The notes beneath the pieces were generated by a model. The model made no database searches, was not told the origin of the DNA, and saw nothing but the letters and a program-made list of their open reading frames with translations. A program made the position numbers and the translations under genes. From a virus (lineage: Duplodnaviria > Caudoviricetes): a DNA stretch of 64,000 nucleotides. The stretch covers positions 1 through 64,000 of IMG/VR virus record IMGVR_UViG_3300033498_000048; one strand, 5' to 3'. Shown here in pieces: positions 45,318 through 54,678 of the stretch. How positions within the stretch are numbered: the stretch's first letter is position 1; each line of letters opens with the position of its first letter.

Positions 45318-45595
45318 TGGAAACTGTCATTTAAACCCAACATTGTAGTCATTCAATATTAGAAATCTTACTAACATCCAAACCAAACGGTTTCGTGTTT
45401 TTATCAATCCAATCCCTCAATTCTTCTACTTCACACAACAATCCAATTTGTTCTTCATGGGGCATTGTATCAAAATGAAATTTAATACTGTTAAACATCC
45501 CGATAATTCCTGATAATGCTATCATAATTGTTCCTCGTTCCTTCTTCTTAAACTGTTAATGGGATAACTATTGCAAATAGTTCCTTTAGTTACCG

Positions 45596-45949
45596 TTAAT
45601 AGTCACAATATCTGCATTTTACATCTCCTTCATCGTTGATGATTTCTAAAATAGCTAAACTTTTAGATGTATTAGATAACCCATTCTTACTCCACACATT
45701 ATATCTATCTTCCCCAACAAAACCTATAAAATCCCCTATACTATAATCACTAGGGTAAAAATTATCTAAATCTTCTTGGTCTTCGATATATACATTTTTG
45801 ACATATACTAACTTACCACAATTTAACTTAACTAAACATTTACCATTTTTATCACAGATATTTTTTAGTTTTGTAGTAAATGGGTTTAATCTATCTTCTA
45901 AATAAATTATAGCTGGATTTTCTGATAATTCTGTCATAATTGATGCCAA
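45596..45949 (-). CDS. hypothetical protein
   Basis: 117-aa ORF. Confidence 0.55.
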   Translation of the reverse strand: MASIMTELSENPAIIYLEDRLNPFTTKLKNICDKNGKCLVKLNCGKLVYVKNVYIEDQEDLDNFYPSDYSIGDFIGFVGEDRYNVWSKNGLSNTSKSLAILEIINDEGDVKCRYCDY

Positions 45950-46005
45950 TTAACATTTTTAAAAACGATGGCGTATTGTAACACACCTAAAAATAAAAAG
46001 TACAA

Positions 46006-46743
46006 CTATTTTGCATAGAGTTCGTTCCATCTGTTTTTGATAAATTCAAAATAATCTGAGTCGGATATTCCATTATATTTCCCAATTGCAAATGCGTCAT
46101 TCAATTCTATAATAACATACTTGCCATTTTTTAATTGTCCAATATCTAATGCTAAGGTTTCAGTTTTTATATATTTCAAACAATCTGATATGAACTTGCT
46201 TGATGGAACCTTATCATCAACAGAATCATCATATTGACATATTGAAATAACTTTACCATTTGTAATATAACATCTCCATTCAGCTTGAATCGAAATCAAA
46301 TCACTTTGATATATTAACAAATCATATGGAATATTTTTAAATATGTTATATTGTTCTAATTCATATTCACTACTATATGAATTAATATTATCACCACGAT
46401 AAATGAATCCTGAAAACAATTTAGTCGTAACTGGTTTAATGAAAATTGGGGATTCATTTAATTCAGATTTGTTTCCAATTGAAATATTCCTTCGATAAAA
46501 CTCAATTGGAAACTTAATAAGGTCTAAGCTATTAAAACCATAATATGGGATTTTCAGCAATTCAATAACTCGATTGACAAATTCCACAGAACCAACTGGA
46601 ATAGCTCCATTAATAAAGTGGTCTGTGTGTTTGTTTATATCTGCCAAATCGCACTCAATTAGGTTTAAGTTATCCTTAACCATACTCAATTTGCGAATAC
46701 ACCTAGATTCGCTTGAATTACTGCGTTGTAATATTACCAACAT
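46006..46743 (-). CDS. ATP-grasp protein (R2K/DUF4343-like)
   Basis: PVGSVEFV, FIKPV..KLFSG, AEWRCYI, ALDIG, IIELNDAFAIGKY. Confidence 0.75.
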   Translation of the reverse strand: MLVILQRSNSSESRCIRKLSMVKDNLNLIECDLADINKHTDHFINGAIPVGSVEFVNRVIELLKIPYYGFNSLDLIKFPIEFYRRNISIGNKSELNESPIFIKPVTTKLFSGFIYRGDNINSYSSEYELEQYNIFKNIPYDLLIYQSDLISIQAEWRCYITNGKVISICQYDDSVDDKVPSSKFISDCLKYIKTETLALDIGQLKNGKYVIIELNDAFAIGKYNGISDSDYFEFIKNRWNELYAK

Positions 46744-47227
46744 TTAAGTGTTCCTCCCTAACTGCCATTAAGACTTGACCCAATAAGTTTTTGCCACGCC
46801 ATGTAGATTTGTTCCAAGCTAATGGGTCATCTTTACCTAATTTAATTCCCCATATATCATCAAATGGTGATGCTTCAACTAAAATGGTTGGATAAGTTGA
46901 AAGTAATTGTTCCATTAAGTCAGGGTTTTGTTCAAATTTTAATGTACAAGCCTCAGTCATATAATTGACACTAACGTTTGTCCACTCAGATTCACTAAAC
47001 AATTTAACTTTCTGTCCTAGCTTTTTATGTTCTTTTGGGTCTGTTTCTTGGAGTATCAATCTAGCAATTCTTTCATCGCGAAAGTGTAACGCTTTTTTGA
47101 GCATAAAATATTGTTCGGAACAATTGAATGTTGTTCCGTTAGATGTGAATTTACATGAATGGAAGTTTGAAAAAATTGAACCCCAAAACAATGTCATTCC
47201 ATTTTCTATTCGTATTCCTCTAATCAT
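46718..47227 (-). CDS. NADAR (YbiA/DUF1768) family ADP-ribosyl/N-glycosidase
   Basis: FSNF, SEQYFM..KA..F.D, KLGQKVK.F, LVEASPFDDIWGI, WRGKNLLGQVLM.VRE. Confidence 0.9.
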   Translation of the reverse strand: MIRGIRIENGMTLFWGSIFSNFHSCKFTSNGTTFNCSEQYFMLKKALHFRDERIARLILQETDPKEHKKLGQKVKLFSESEWTNVSVNYMTEACTLKFEQNPDLMEQLLSTYPTILVEASPFDDIWGIKLGKDDPLAWNKSTWRGKNLLGQVLMAVREEHLNVGNITTQ

Positions 47228-47253
47228 TGGTATTTCCCACTTTAATATTAACT

Positions 47254-47466
47254 TCAGCCTATTCTGCTTGGTCTACACTCAAAAACAGAGCCACAAGTTT
47301 CACAATGTTCAATGTAAATTGTTACCGTTCTTTCACCATCGTCACAATCAAAAATCAAATCCTTAAACCGTGTTTCTGTAAGTTTTGAACAATCGCATTT
47401 TATTAGTTCACCACATTCATCACACCAGCCACTATCTAATTCACCATGCTCACTACATTTGTACAT
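47254..47466 (-). CDS. Cys-rich small protein
   Basis: C..H, CDECG, CDC, CETCG motifs. Confidence 0.55.
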   Translation of the reverse strand: MYKCSEHGELDSGWCDECGELIKCDCSKLTETRFKDLIFDCDDGERTVTIYIEHCETCGSVFECRPSRIG

Positions 47467-47625
47467 TCAATGTCATCCAACTTATTTTTTATGGGTCTAT
47501 ATCAAATATAAACATTATTTACTCACCAACATTGAGGGGTGCTAAATCTGCACCCATCGTAGTATAACTTAATTAATGGATGCAAGTGCTAACTCATTGA
47601 TTTATGGTTACACACTGGATTGGGA

Positions 47626-47976
47626 TTAGTTCCTTATCCAAAAAGATTTTACTTTAGCAGCAATAAGTAATTTTTCAATGTCATAACTTGGATTCTTACT
47701 ATTTTTAACCCTTCGCAAGTTGTGTTTCATCACACCCTTTACCACGTCAACATCGTTTGGGTTTAATACCTCAATCACAACACCAGCATATTTTAATATA
47801 GTACCCGTAGCTTTATATAGAGTTTTGCCAGTCCCATCACAACATCCACAGTTTGAACTTCCATTATTATCATACCGACCAGAACCAGAACAAGCCGAAC
47901 ATACTCCGAGTTTATGTTTATAAACATTACTGTAATATCTTTTTGTTCTTTCTTTTTTTGCCTCTAAAAAGGTCAT
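47626..47976 (-). CDS. protein with DnaJ-like Zn-finger repeats
   Basis: CSACSGSG...CGCCDGTG. Confidence 0.55.
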   Translation of the reverse strand: MTFLEAKKERTKRYYSNVYKHKLGVCSACSGSGRYDNNGSSNCGCCDGTGKTLYKATGTILKYAGVVIEVLNPNDVDVVKGVMKHNLRRVKNSKNPSYDIEKLLIAAKVKSFWIRN

Positions 47977-48077
47977 TTCATTTAGTCCTTGTCAAGTTAA
48001 ATATGTTAGTATGTGGAACATTTATGTGATTAATCCAAGTACACATCACTTACAACCATTAGTTAATTATAAGACCG

Positions 48078-48419
48078 TCATTGATTCTTGATTAACCGTT
48101 GTATAGTTTCACCTAAAACCGTATCTTCGTTTCCACAATCATCACTAACCAAATACAATCCCATGTTTAGTAATGTGTTGGTAACTGTGGTTTGTTTATT
48201 GTTGATGTTACTAATAAACTTAAAGCCTGTTTTGAACCAAGTTCCATTGGATATAAGTTCTTGTCTTCTTACTAACATTTCTGCCCTTGAACGAACTCTA
48301 AATAATATGTTTGGATTATACCAGTTCCCATTTGGTAATTTACCACCAGCTATTAGTCCTATAGTAAGATTCTTTATCAGTTTGTTAAGTTGCTTAACTC
48401 TTAAATTCTTTGTCATCAA
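48078..48419 (-). CDS. hypothetical protein
   Basis: 113-aa ORF. Confidence 0.55.
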   Translation of the reverse strand: MMTKNLRVKQLNKLIKNLTIGLIAGGKLPNGNWYNPNILFRVRSRAEMLVRRQELISNGTWFKTGFKFISNINNKQTTVTNTLLNMGLYLVSDDCGNEDTVLGETIQRLIKNQ

Positions 48420-48497
48420 TTACCCCTTTAAGTTTTGTTTATATTACAGGTGTTTTAATATCTTGTCAATTGTATTTAATAATAAATATCACACGCA

Positions 48498-48833
48498 ACT
48501 ATCAATGACTTAGCATTTGGAACAGTTAGGTAATTACTAACACACCACAAGTGCTAAGTCATTGATAGTTGTTATCGTATAAGTTTGGTAGTAACTGTTC
48601 CAAGTGCTAACTCGTTTGTGTCAATAACCTGTTCTATAATATCATTCATTGTCAATTATTAAGAATCAATGACTTAGCATTTGGAACAGTTATATAATTT
48701 AATTAACTAATGCCTGTAAGTGCTAACTCGTTGATTCTTAATAATTGATAAATATACAGTAACAATCAATAACTTAGCACTTGGAACAGTTATACAACTA
48801 AGACCACGGTGTAAGTGCTAACTCATTGATTCC
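48498..48833. repeat. palindromic element cluster (3 full units plus a half-site)
   Basis: Left arms at 48510, 48674, 48774. Confidence 0.9.
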
Positions 48834-48856
48834 TAACAAATGTAAGGAGTAAACGA

Positions 48857-49456
48857 ATGTTGAGCTTTCAACAATATAAAAATAGACCGTTATATGAAAG
48901 TATATCTAAAGGTGAACCGATAATCGTAGTTGACATCCAACCTGCATATGAAAAATTTTGCGATGATGTTATTTCAAATGACGCATTCATACAAATGATA
49001 AACAACCAAGAAAACATATTGTGGTTTTTTAATGGAGATTTTGATGGATTAACCAATGATAACATAAACACATTAAAGTCGTGGTTATTAGAATATGGAA
49101 TCACAAAGAAGACATTAAAACGAATTACATTTAAAGAAAAGTCTTATGGGTTTCTTAGGGGGTGGATGGATAATGATGTTCCATATAATATCATTATTAA
49201 GGTTATACGAGAAATGTATATAAAAAAGAAATATAGCTCAGATGAATTAGATTTAACTAAAGTGTTAAATGACGATGAACTTGAATTAGTTCCACAATAT
49301 GATTCAATTGGATTAACTGATATAGCTATTGCACAATTAAAGAAATATTCTGGATTTATTTGTGGTGGTGGAGCAGAAGAATGTTTGAGGGAAATTGAAT
49401 TACTAATGTCTGCTTTTAATTTCAAATGTAAACGATTACAAGAATATATCTATTAA
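48857..49456 (+). CDS. isochorismatase-like (cysteine hydrolase) protein with CTS-like leader
   Basis: IIVVDIQPAY, F.EKSYG, ICGGGAEECL; N-terminus MLSFQQY...LYES; AGGAG RBS. Confidence 0.6.
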   Translation: MLSFQQYKNRPLYESISKGEPIIVVDIQPAYEKFCDDVISNDAFIQMINNQENILWFFNGDFDGLTNDNINTLKSWLLEYGITKKTLKRITFKEKSYGFLRGWMDNDVPYNIIIKVIREMYIKKKYSSDELDLTKVLNDDELELVPQYDSIGLTDIAIAQLKKYSGFICGGGAEECLREIELLMSAFNFKCKRLQEYIY

Positions 49457-49457
49457 T

Positions 49458-51329
49458 ATGGCAGACCAATATTACAATAATGTTCAATTTGCATTAAGTT
49501 TAAATGGAGACTTCTTAGATTGGAGTAAACATAACAGAAGTGTAACAATTGATTCTGGAATTATAATGTCAAATAGTGTTATTAAATATGGTTCATATTC
49601 AGCCTATTTTCCAGCTGCTGTTAGTAGAACTATGTTGATAGATTACATTGATTGGACACCAAATACCGATGATTATACTATAGAGTTTTGGATAAATGCA
49701 ATAAAAGCAAGTTCACCAGCAAATGTCTTTTTAATTGGACAATATAGAGATTCCAATAACTTTTGGAAACTATACCTAAATTCAATTAATAATGATGTAA
49801 TATTGACATCATCCTCTGGAACCACCATTACAGCATCAAATTCATTTTTAAACAATTGGAATACATGGAATCATGTTGTAATGGTTCGGTATAATTCAAT
49901 TACCTCAATTTACATTAATGGTGCTGTAGTATTAACTGGAAACTTTACTATACCTACAATCAATGAACCAATTTTAATTGGAGGTTTACAACATTCAGGG
50001 ACTAATGAGTTCTTTGTTGGATATTTAAGTGATATTAGATTCACTAAAGGGATAGCAAGATATACATCTAATTTTAATGTCCCAACACAATTATTAGAAC
50101 AATCATCATTAAAAACAGTTTTGATTCAAACTATAGATTCAATTAGTTGCATTAATCCACAATGTAACTTTGATGTTTATATTGTAGGCTCTGGTAAAGT
50201 TAAATCATTTGTTAGTAATAGTTATGGGAACATTGTAATTAAAGTTCCAGAGGATGTTGTTGTCGAATTAACTGCGTATGCTACTGGATATAAAAAAGCC
50301 AGATTAGAGTTTAAATCATGTCCTGATGTCGTTACATTGAACTTAAATAGAATAGTTAATTCAAATTCTGATACAATACAACAACTATTACCATTAATAT
50401 ATTTTTCATGTGAAAATGATTCCAATGGTATATTAGCCAATTCTGGAATTACATCTGGACAAATGTCATTATTGAATACCAATTATATTACAAAATTAAA
50501 TAGTTTGATTTATGGAATTTATTACCAATTATCAGATACAATTGAACTGAATCCGATTAATAATGGTTGGACTGGTTTAAATGGATTAACTGATAATACA
50601 ACAGGCTACCAAAATATCACAACGACTGGAGGTAGCTATTGTTTTTGGGTAAAACCTACCAAATCAATTGTAATTTATAACGAGTCAATAACTGGAAATT
50701 ATGCTGACAATTTAGACCAAAGATTTTTAATTACTCCAGAATACAGTATTAACAACGTGTTTTATGGAATATCAATAGGCATTAATGGCATTCAATTTTA
50801 TATGCGAAAGGGAACAACCTTTTCTCCAGTATTAACTTGGATTAACGATTTGTCTAATTGGAATCATATTGTATTAACGATTAATTCAAATGGAGTTCCA
50901 ACATTATATATGAATGGAATATTCATTAAATCGACAAATTATGTTCCAGTTGGTGATAGGTATCTGGGATTAAACATTGGAACAGATACCAGTGGAAATA
51001 GACATTCATTTGCTGGCTCATTTACTGATATGTGTTTATTCGGTTATGATGTTAGTATTCCAAACATTAATAGAATAATGAATAGTCAATTGAAATATAA
51101 AATACAGGGAAAGGTTGTAGATTCAAATGGTAATGTTAAACCAAGTATAATTAGAGCTTATTCACATGAATCTGGAGAGTTAATTGGTGAATGTACAACA
51201 GATATTGATGGGGATTATGTCTTGATAACAAGTTCAAATGTTGCTAGTTATGTTACCTGTTTGCAATTAGATTGTGATGATATTTCAAGTGAAGGAATGA
51301 TTTACACTAATGTCATTCCTTCGTTATAA
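49458..51329 (+). CDS. LamG/ConA-like lectin-domain protein, probable tail-associated adhesin
   Basis: Two LamG-like units (DYTIEFWI...WNHVVMVR...SIYING...F.GYLSDIRFTKGIARY; YCFWVK...WNHIVLT...LYMNG) and a C-terminal TTDIDGDY carboxypeptidase-regulatory-like segment. Confidence 0.75.
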   Translation: MADQYYNNVQFALSLNGDFLDWSKHNRSVTIDSGIIMSNSVIKYGSYSAYFPAAVSRTMLIDYIDWTPNTDDYTIEFWINAIKASSPANVFLIGQYRDSNNFWKLYLNSINNDVILTSSSGTTITASNSFLNNWNTWNHVVMVRYNSITSIYINGAVVLTGNFTIPTINEPILIGGLQHSGTNEFFVGYLSDIRFTKGIARYTSNFNVPTQLLEQSSLKTVLIQTIDSISCINPQCNFDVYIVGSGKVKSFVSNSYGNIVIKVPEDVVVELTAYATGYKKARLEFKSCPDVVTLNLNRIVNSNSDTIQQLLPLIYFSCENDSNGILANSGITSGQMSLLNTNYITKLNSLIYGIYYQLSDTIELNPINNGWTGLNGLTDNTTGYQNITTTGGSYCFWVKPTKSIVIYNESITGNYADNLDQRFLITPEYSINNVFYGISIGINGIQFYMRKGTTFSPVLTWINDLSNWNHIVLTINSNGVPTLYMNGIFIKSTNYVPVGDRYLGLNIGTDTSGNRHSFAGSFTDMCLFGYDVSIPNINRIMNSQLKYKIQGKVVDSNGNVKPSIIRAYSHESGELIGECTTDIDGDYVLITSSNVASYVTCLQLDCDDISSEGMIYTNVIPSL

Positions 51330-51461
51330 CCCTCAATTCAGTTTCTTTAAATTATATTCCATTGAGTGTAACAAACTTGTTTAATACCCAATGTCCAAAG
51401 AATATATACTCTTTAGGTAATTTTTCCCAATAACCGTTATTCCAATATTCAACATCAAATT

Positions 51462-51980
51462 TTACCATTTGTTATCACCTTGAACATAACCGATTGCATT
51501 AATAATTTCATCCCATGAAACTGCTCTGTTTATTCCCAAATCATAACCATAATCTTCTGTTTCATGGGTTGAAATTGAATAATGTATCACTCCATCCTCA
51601 GTGATTAACGCTGTCAATATTCCTGAGTCCTTTGATTTAAAAGTTATGTTGAAATAACCAGTGTCTGCATCAATAGAAATACAAGGGTCATACTTTGAAA
51701 TTGTTGGAACCAAATAAAGAAAGTTCTTTGCGGATGCGTTTGAAATTTCTTTGAAGTGTTTGATTTTCTTAAAAGCCTCATTATAATTGGCTATAACCAC
51801 ATCGAATCGTACAAGGGTATTTTCCCATTCCTCTGTACTATGTTCCCAAGTATATAACATAGCCTCTCGATGAAAATCAATATTTAATTGTGTGATATAT
51901 TCTATCCACTTTTGTTCTAATTCGGTACACTTTGTCACCACGATAACCTCGATGTGTGATATTTTATGGATGCCTGTCAA
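51462..51980 (-). CDS. hypothetical protein
   Basis: 172-aa ORF, 4-nt coupling with HD-Pnk. Confidence 0.55.
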   Translation of the reverse strand: MTGIHKISHIEVIVVTKCTELEQKWIEYITQLNIDFHREAMLYTWEHSTEEWENTLVRFDVVIANYNEAFKKIKHFKEISNASAKNFLYLVPTISKYDPCISIDADTGYFNITFKSKDSGILTALITEDGVIHYSISTHETEDYGYDLGINRAVSWDEIINAIGYVQGDNKW

Positions 51981-53209
51981 TTAACAACGATTACAATTTC
52001 ATCAAATTCACCTAATGATGGTAATTGCATTTTCCAATATTGTGAATTAATAACTTCTACTGGAACATTCTTATCATGTCGAGTTGATTGTCTATCAACA
52101 TTGCTTTTGAATGCTGTTAGGAATACAACTCCAATAGTGTGATATTTTCTATTTTTCAACTCATTTAAATGATATTGGCGTGTGTTTTTAATGGTGTTGG
52201 TGTTATCAACAATCATATCGGAATTTAGTCTTGCAATACTTAATAATCGTTCTTTACACTTTGCTTTAAAATGCGAGTCTTTTGTGGATTTGTAAAAGCT
52301 AGTTGCATAATCATTTCCATACAACTCGATTCTCAAGTCGTCCATTGAAAATGTTGGTAAATTGCCTAATTGATTTCTAAATGTTGTTTTTCCAGAACCA
52401 GAAGCTCCAATCATAAAATAAGCCTTTGGAAACTTATTATTTCTAGGGCTATTAAAATAATCCAATTTGGCTAAATATTGCGATTTAAAATTAGCACACC
52501 ATTCCTCGGCTTTTTTATTATTTTGTGTATAATCATCACTAATCCTACCATAATTATCTGATAACAAAATATCTAAAAACACATCAACATTACCTATGAA
52601 TTTAGATATAGTCCAACACATATCACTAATACTGTTTTTGTTTGTAATGTTCCAAGGTTTATGTTGTTCAATTAGCCAAGCTATTACAAACAATAATTCA
52701 TTAGTAAATAATGGCTTTAATTGTGGACTTGCTAATATGAAATCAATGAATATTCTTGATGATTGCAATTCATGTCCAGTAAATGCAAAATACGTTCCAC
52801 GTTCAATTGAATATTTTTCAATTTTAGATTTTGGTTTTCCAACATCGTGAAATAATAATACTACCGAAACAATAAAGTCATTAATATTCCAATTATTAGA
52901 ACATAGTATCGAATATTCTTCCAGTGCCATTTTAGTATGAATGGCAACATTAGACTCACGATGGAATGGAGATTGTTCAACACAATTTTCCATATCATTC
53001 CACAATTTTGATACAACTAATGATTGTTGTATTGTATCAAACATTTCTTTATAATTCATATTAATCCCATTTAAAATCATCACATGGTTTATGGTACTCT
53101 CCGATATATTCACAACATCCAAAATAGAATTGCCTACAGTTTTTACAACAGATTGTAGTTTGTATTGTTCGTTTTGCATATTCTTCATTGTGATTTGCCA
53201 TATTTGCAA
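51977..53209 (-). CDS. HD-Pnk: HD phosphoesterase fused to a P-loop polynucleotide kinase (RNA end-healing)
   Basis: SPFHRESNVAIHT, LFHDVGKP, LIEQH, DNYGR; C-terminal IGASGSGKTT, SMDDLR, IVDNTN...R. Confidence 0.8.
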   Translation of the reverse strand: MQIWQITMKNMQNEQYKLQSVVKTVGNSILDVVNISESTINHVMILNGINMNYKEMFDTIQQSLVVSKLWNDMENCVEQSPFHRESNVAIHTKMALEEYSILCSNNWNINDFIVSVVLLFHDVGKPKSKIEKYSIERGTYFAFTGHELQSSRIFIDFILASPQLKPLFTNELLFVIAWLIEQHKPWNITNKNSISDMCWTISKFIGNVDVFLDILLSDNYGRISDDYTQNNKKAEEWCANFKSQYLAKLDYFNSPRNNKFPKAYFMIGASGSGKTTFRNQLGNLPTFSMDDLRIELYGNDYATSFYKSTKDSHFKAKCKERLLSIARLNSDMIVDNTNTIKNTRQYHLNELKNRKYHTIGVVFLTAFKSNVDRQSTRHDKNVPVEVINSQYWKMQLPSLGEFDEIVIVVN

Positions 53210-53287
53210 ATGTAGTACCAGTCCTAACAGTAGAATGTATTTGCCTAGTAAATTCGTGTATGTTTTTCTTATCTGTCTTTCTTGCCA

Positions 53288-53560
53288 TTATCTTCTTCCC
53301 AGTGTCAATTTAAATGATTTTCTACCATCGGTAATTTCATTAAACTTGTAGATTATATTGGAATCAGAAACAAGTGTTTTAAAATATTCCATAAAAATAC
53401 GATGTGGTGAATTTCTCAAATATCGTGTACCTTGAATTATATCACCATTTTTCATAAACAACACAAAGTCTTTATCTCCTTTAAATATTCTAATGGATTC
53501 AACATCACACAAATTAACTTGGTCAACATTATCTGTTGTGTCGTTTGTGAATTGAAACAT
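53288..53560 (-). CDS. hypothetical protein
   Basis: 90-aa ORF with GGAG RBS. Confidence 0.6.
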   Translation of the reverse strand: MFQFTNDTTDNVDQVNLCDVESIRIFKGDKDFVLFMKNGDIIQGTRYLRNSPHRIFMEYFKTLVSDSNIIYKFNEITDGRKSFKLTLGRR

Positions 53561-53612
53561 TTACTATCTCCAATGGATTAAAAGCATATTATACAACAAA
53601 CAGGAGGTTAAA

Positions 53613-53939
53613 TCAAACAATAGAAACATCGTCATCTTCTATTACATAGTTAATTCGTTTGACTTTTGGTTTTACTGTTCCCAACTCGATTATCGAACAC
53701 CCATAAGGTCTTGTTTGCTTCGATGGTACAACTGATAGGTCTACAGTAGCATCTAATATTTTTCCAATTGCTTGTCGCGGACTATTAGCTTCAACCATAT
53801 GTTCATTCAAAAAACGTTCTGATTCACCATCTGCGAGGTCATCACCAACCGTTTCATCAAACATTATCAAGTACCAAGCCATACTATTTCTCCAATTGAT
53901 TAAAAACATATTATACATTAAACCGAATTTTAAAGTCAA
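53613..53939 (-). CDS. hypothetical protein
   Basis: Real start is probably ATG 53883 (MAWYLI), behind a TTGACT/TATAAT promoter. Confidence 0.55.
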   Translation of the reverse strand: MTLKFGLMYNMFLINWRNSMAWYLIMFDETVGDDLADGESERFLNEHMVEANSPRQAIGKILDATVDLSVVPSKQTRPYGCSIIELGTVKPKVKRINYVIEDDDVSIV

Positions 53940-53949
53940 CCTATTTCAA

Positions 53950-54291
53950 TCAATCCCTAGTAGTTTCAACCCGTATTGAATCTAATAACTCGACTGGAAC
54001 CAATTGCTCAATAATATCACCGATTGCTGAATCATCAAATGTTGCTCCAGTATAAATAGTCAATATTAATTTCGTGTCTAATTCTATTGTGATGTGCCAA
54101 ATATCATATCCATATAATAGAACATTGTCATAAAAACATAATAAAAAATCATGCAATTTGTGTAATTCTATATAATGCAGTATTTCTGTGGTATCTCCAA
54201 AATAATCATATTTTAATGGAAGTTTTGGGTCATAATCGGTATTCATAAAATTGTAATTCCTTGTTAAAAGTGTTATAGTAGTGTAACACAT
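53950..54291 (-). CDS. hypothetical protein
   Basis: 113-aa ORF. Confidence 0.5.
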   Translation of the reverse strand: MCYTTITLLTRNYNFMNTDYDPKLPLKYDYFGDTTEILHYIELHKLHDFLLCFYDNVLLYGYDIWHITIELDTKLILTIYTGATFDDSAIGDIIEQLVPVELLDSIRVETTRD

Positions 54292-54314
54292 TTTATTTAT
54301 TAAAAGCCATTAAT

Positions 54315-54479
54315 ATGTTATCTTTTAAACAATACTTAGCCGAATCAAAAAAGTCTGGTAATCGCATTCAGCACTTTCAAATTAACACTCGTGGAAAAGA
54401 TTTTGTGGTTGGAGACATACATGGAGCATTTAATCACTTATTAACCGAGTGCTATTTTACAATTATACAAATCAATTAA
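54315..54479 (+). pseudogene. truncated metallophosphoesterase (lambda-phosphatase/PphA-like) with CTS-like leader
   Basis: My translation: MLSFKQYLAESKKSGNRIQHFQINTRGKDFVVGDIHGAFNHLL...* (54 aa); only the first GDxHG motif remains. Confidence 0.7.
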
Positions 54480-54678
54480 AATAGACCTGGAGGTACAAAT
54501 ATACGCAATTTTTTATTACCAAATGAACTTTGATACTTAGATTTAAGATGTGGTACACGTCCACCTCTTGCGACCTCCTCTAAGCATTTAGTGTAGTTAG
54601 CATGAATCCTACTTTTGTGTTCAATTTTCGGTTTAACAGTTACCATCTCGACACCCCATTAGATAACTTATGGAACAT

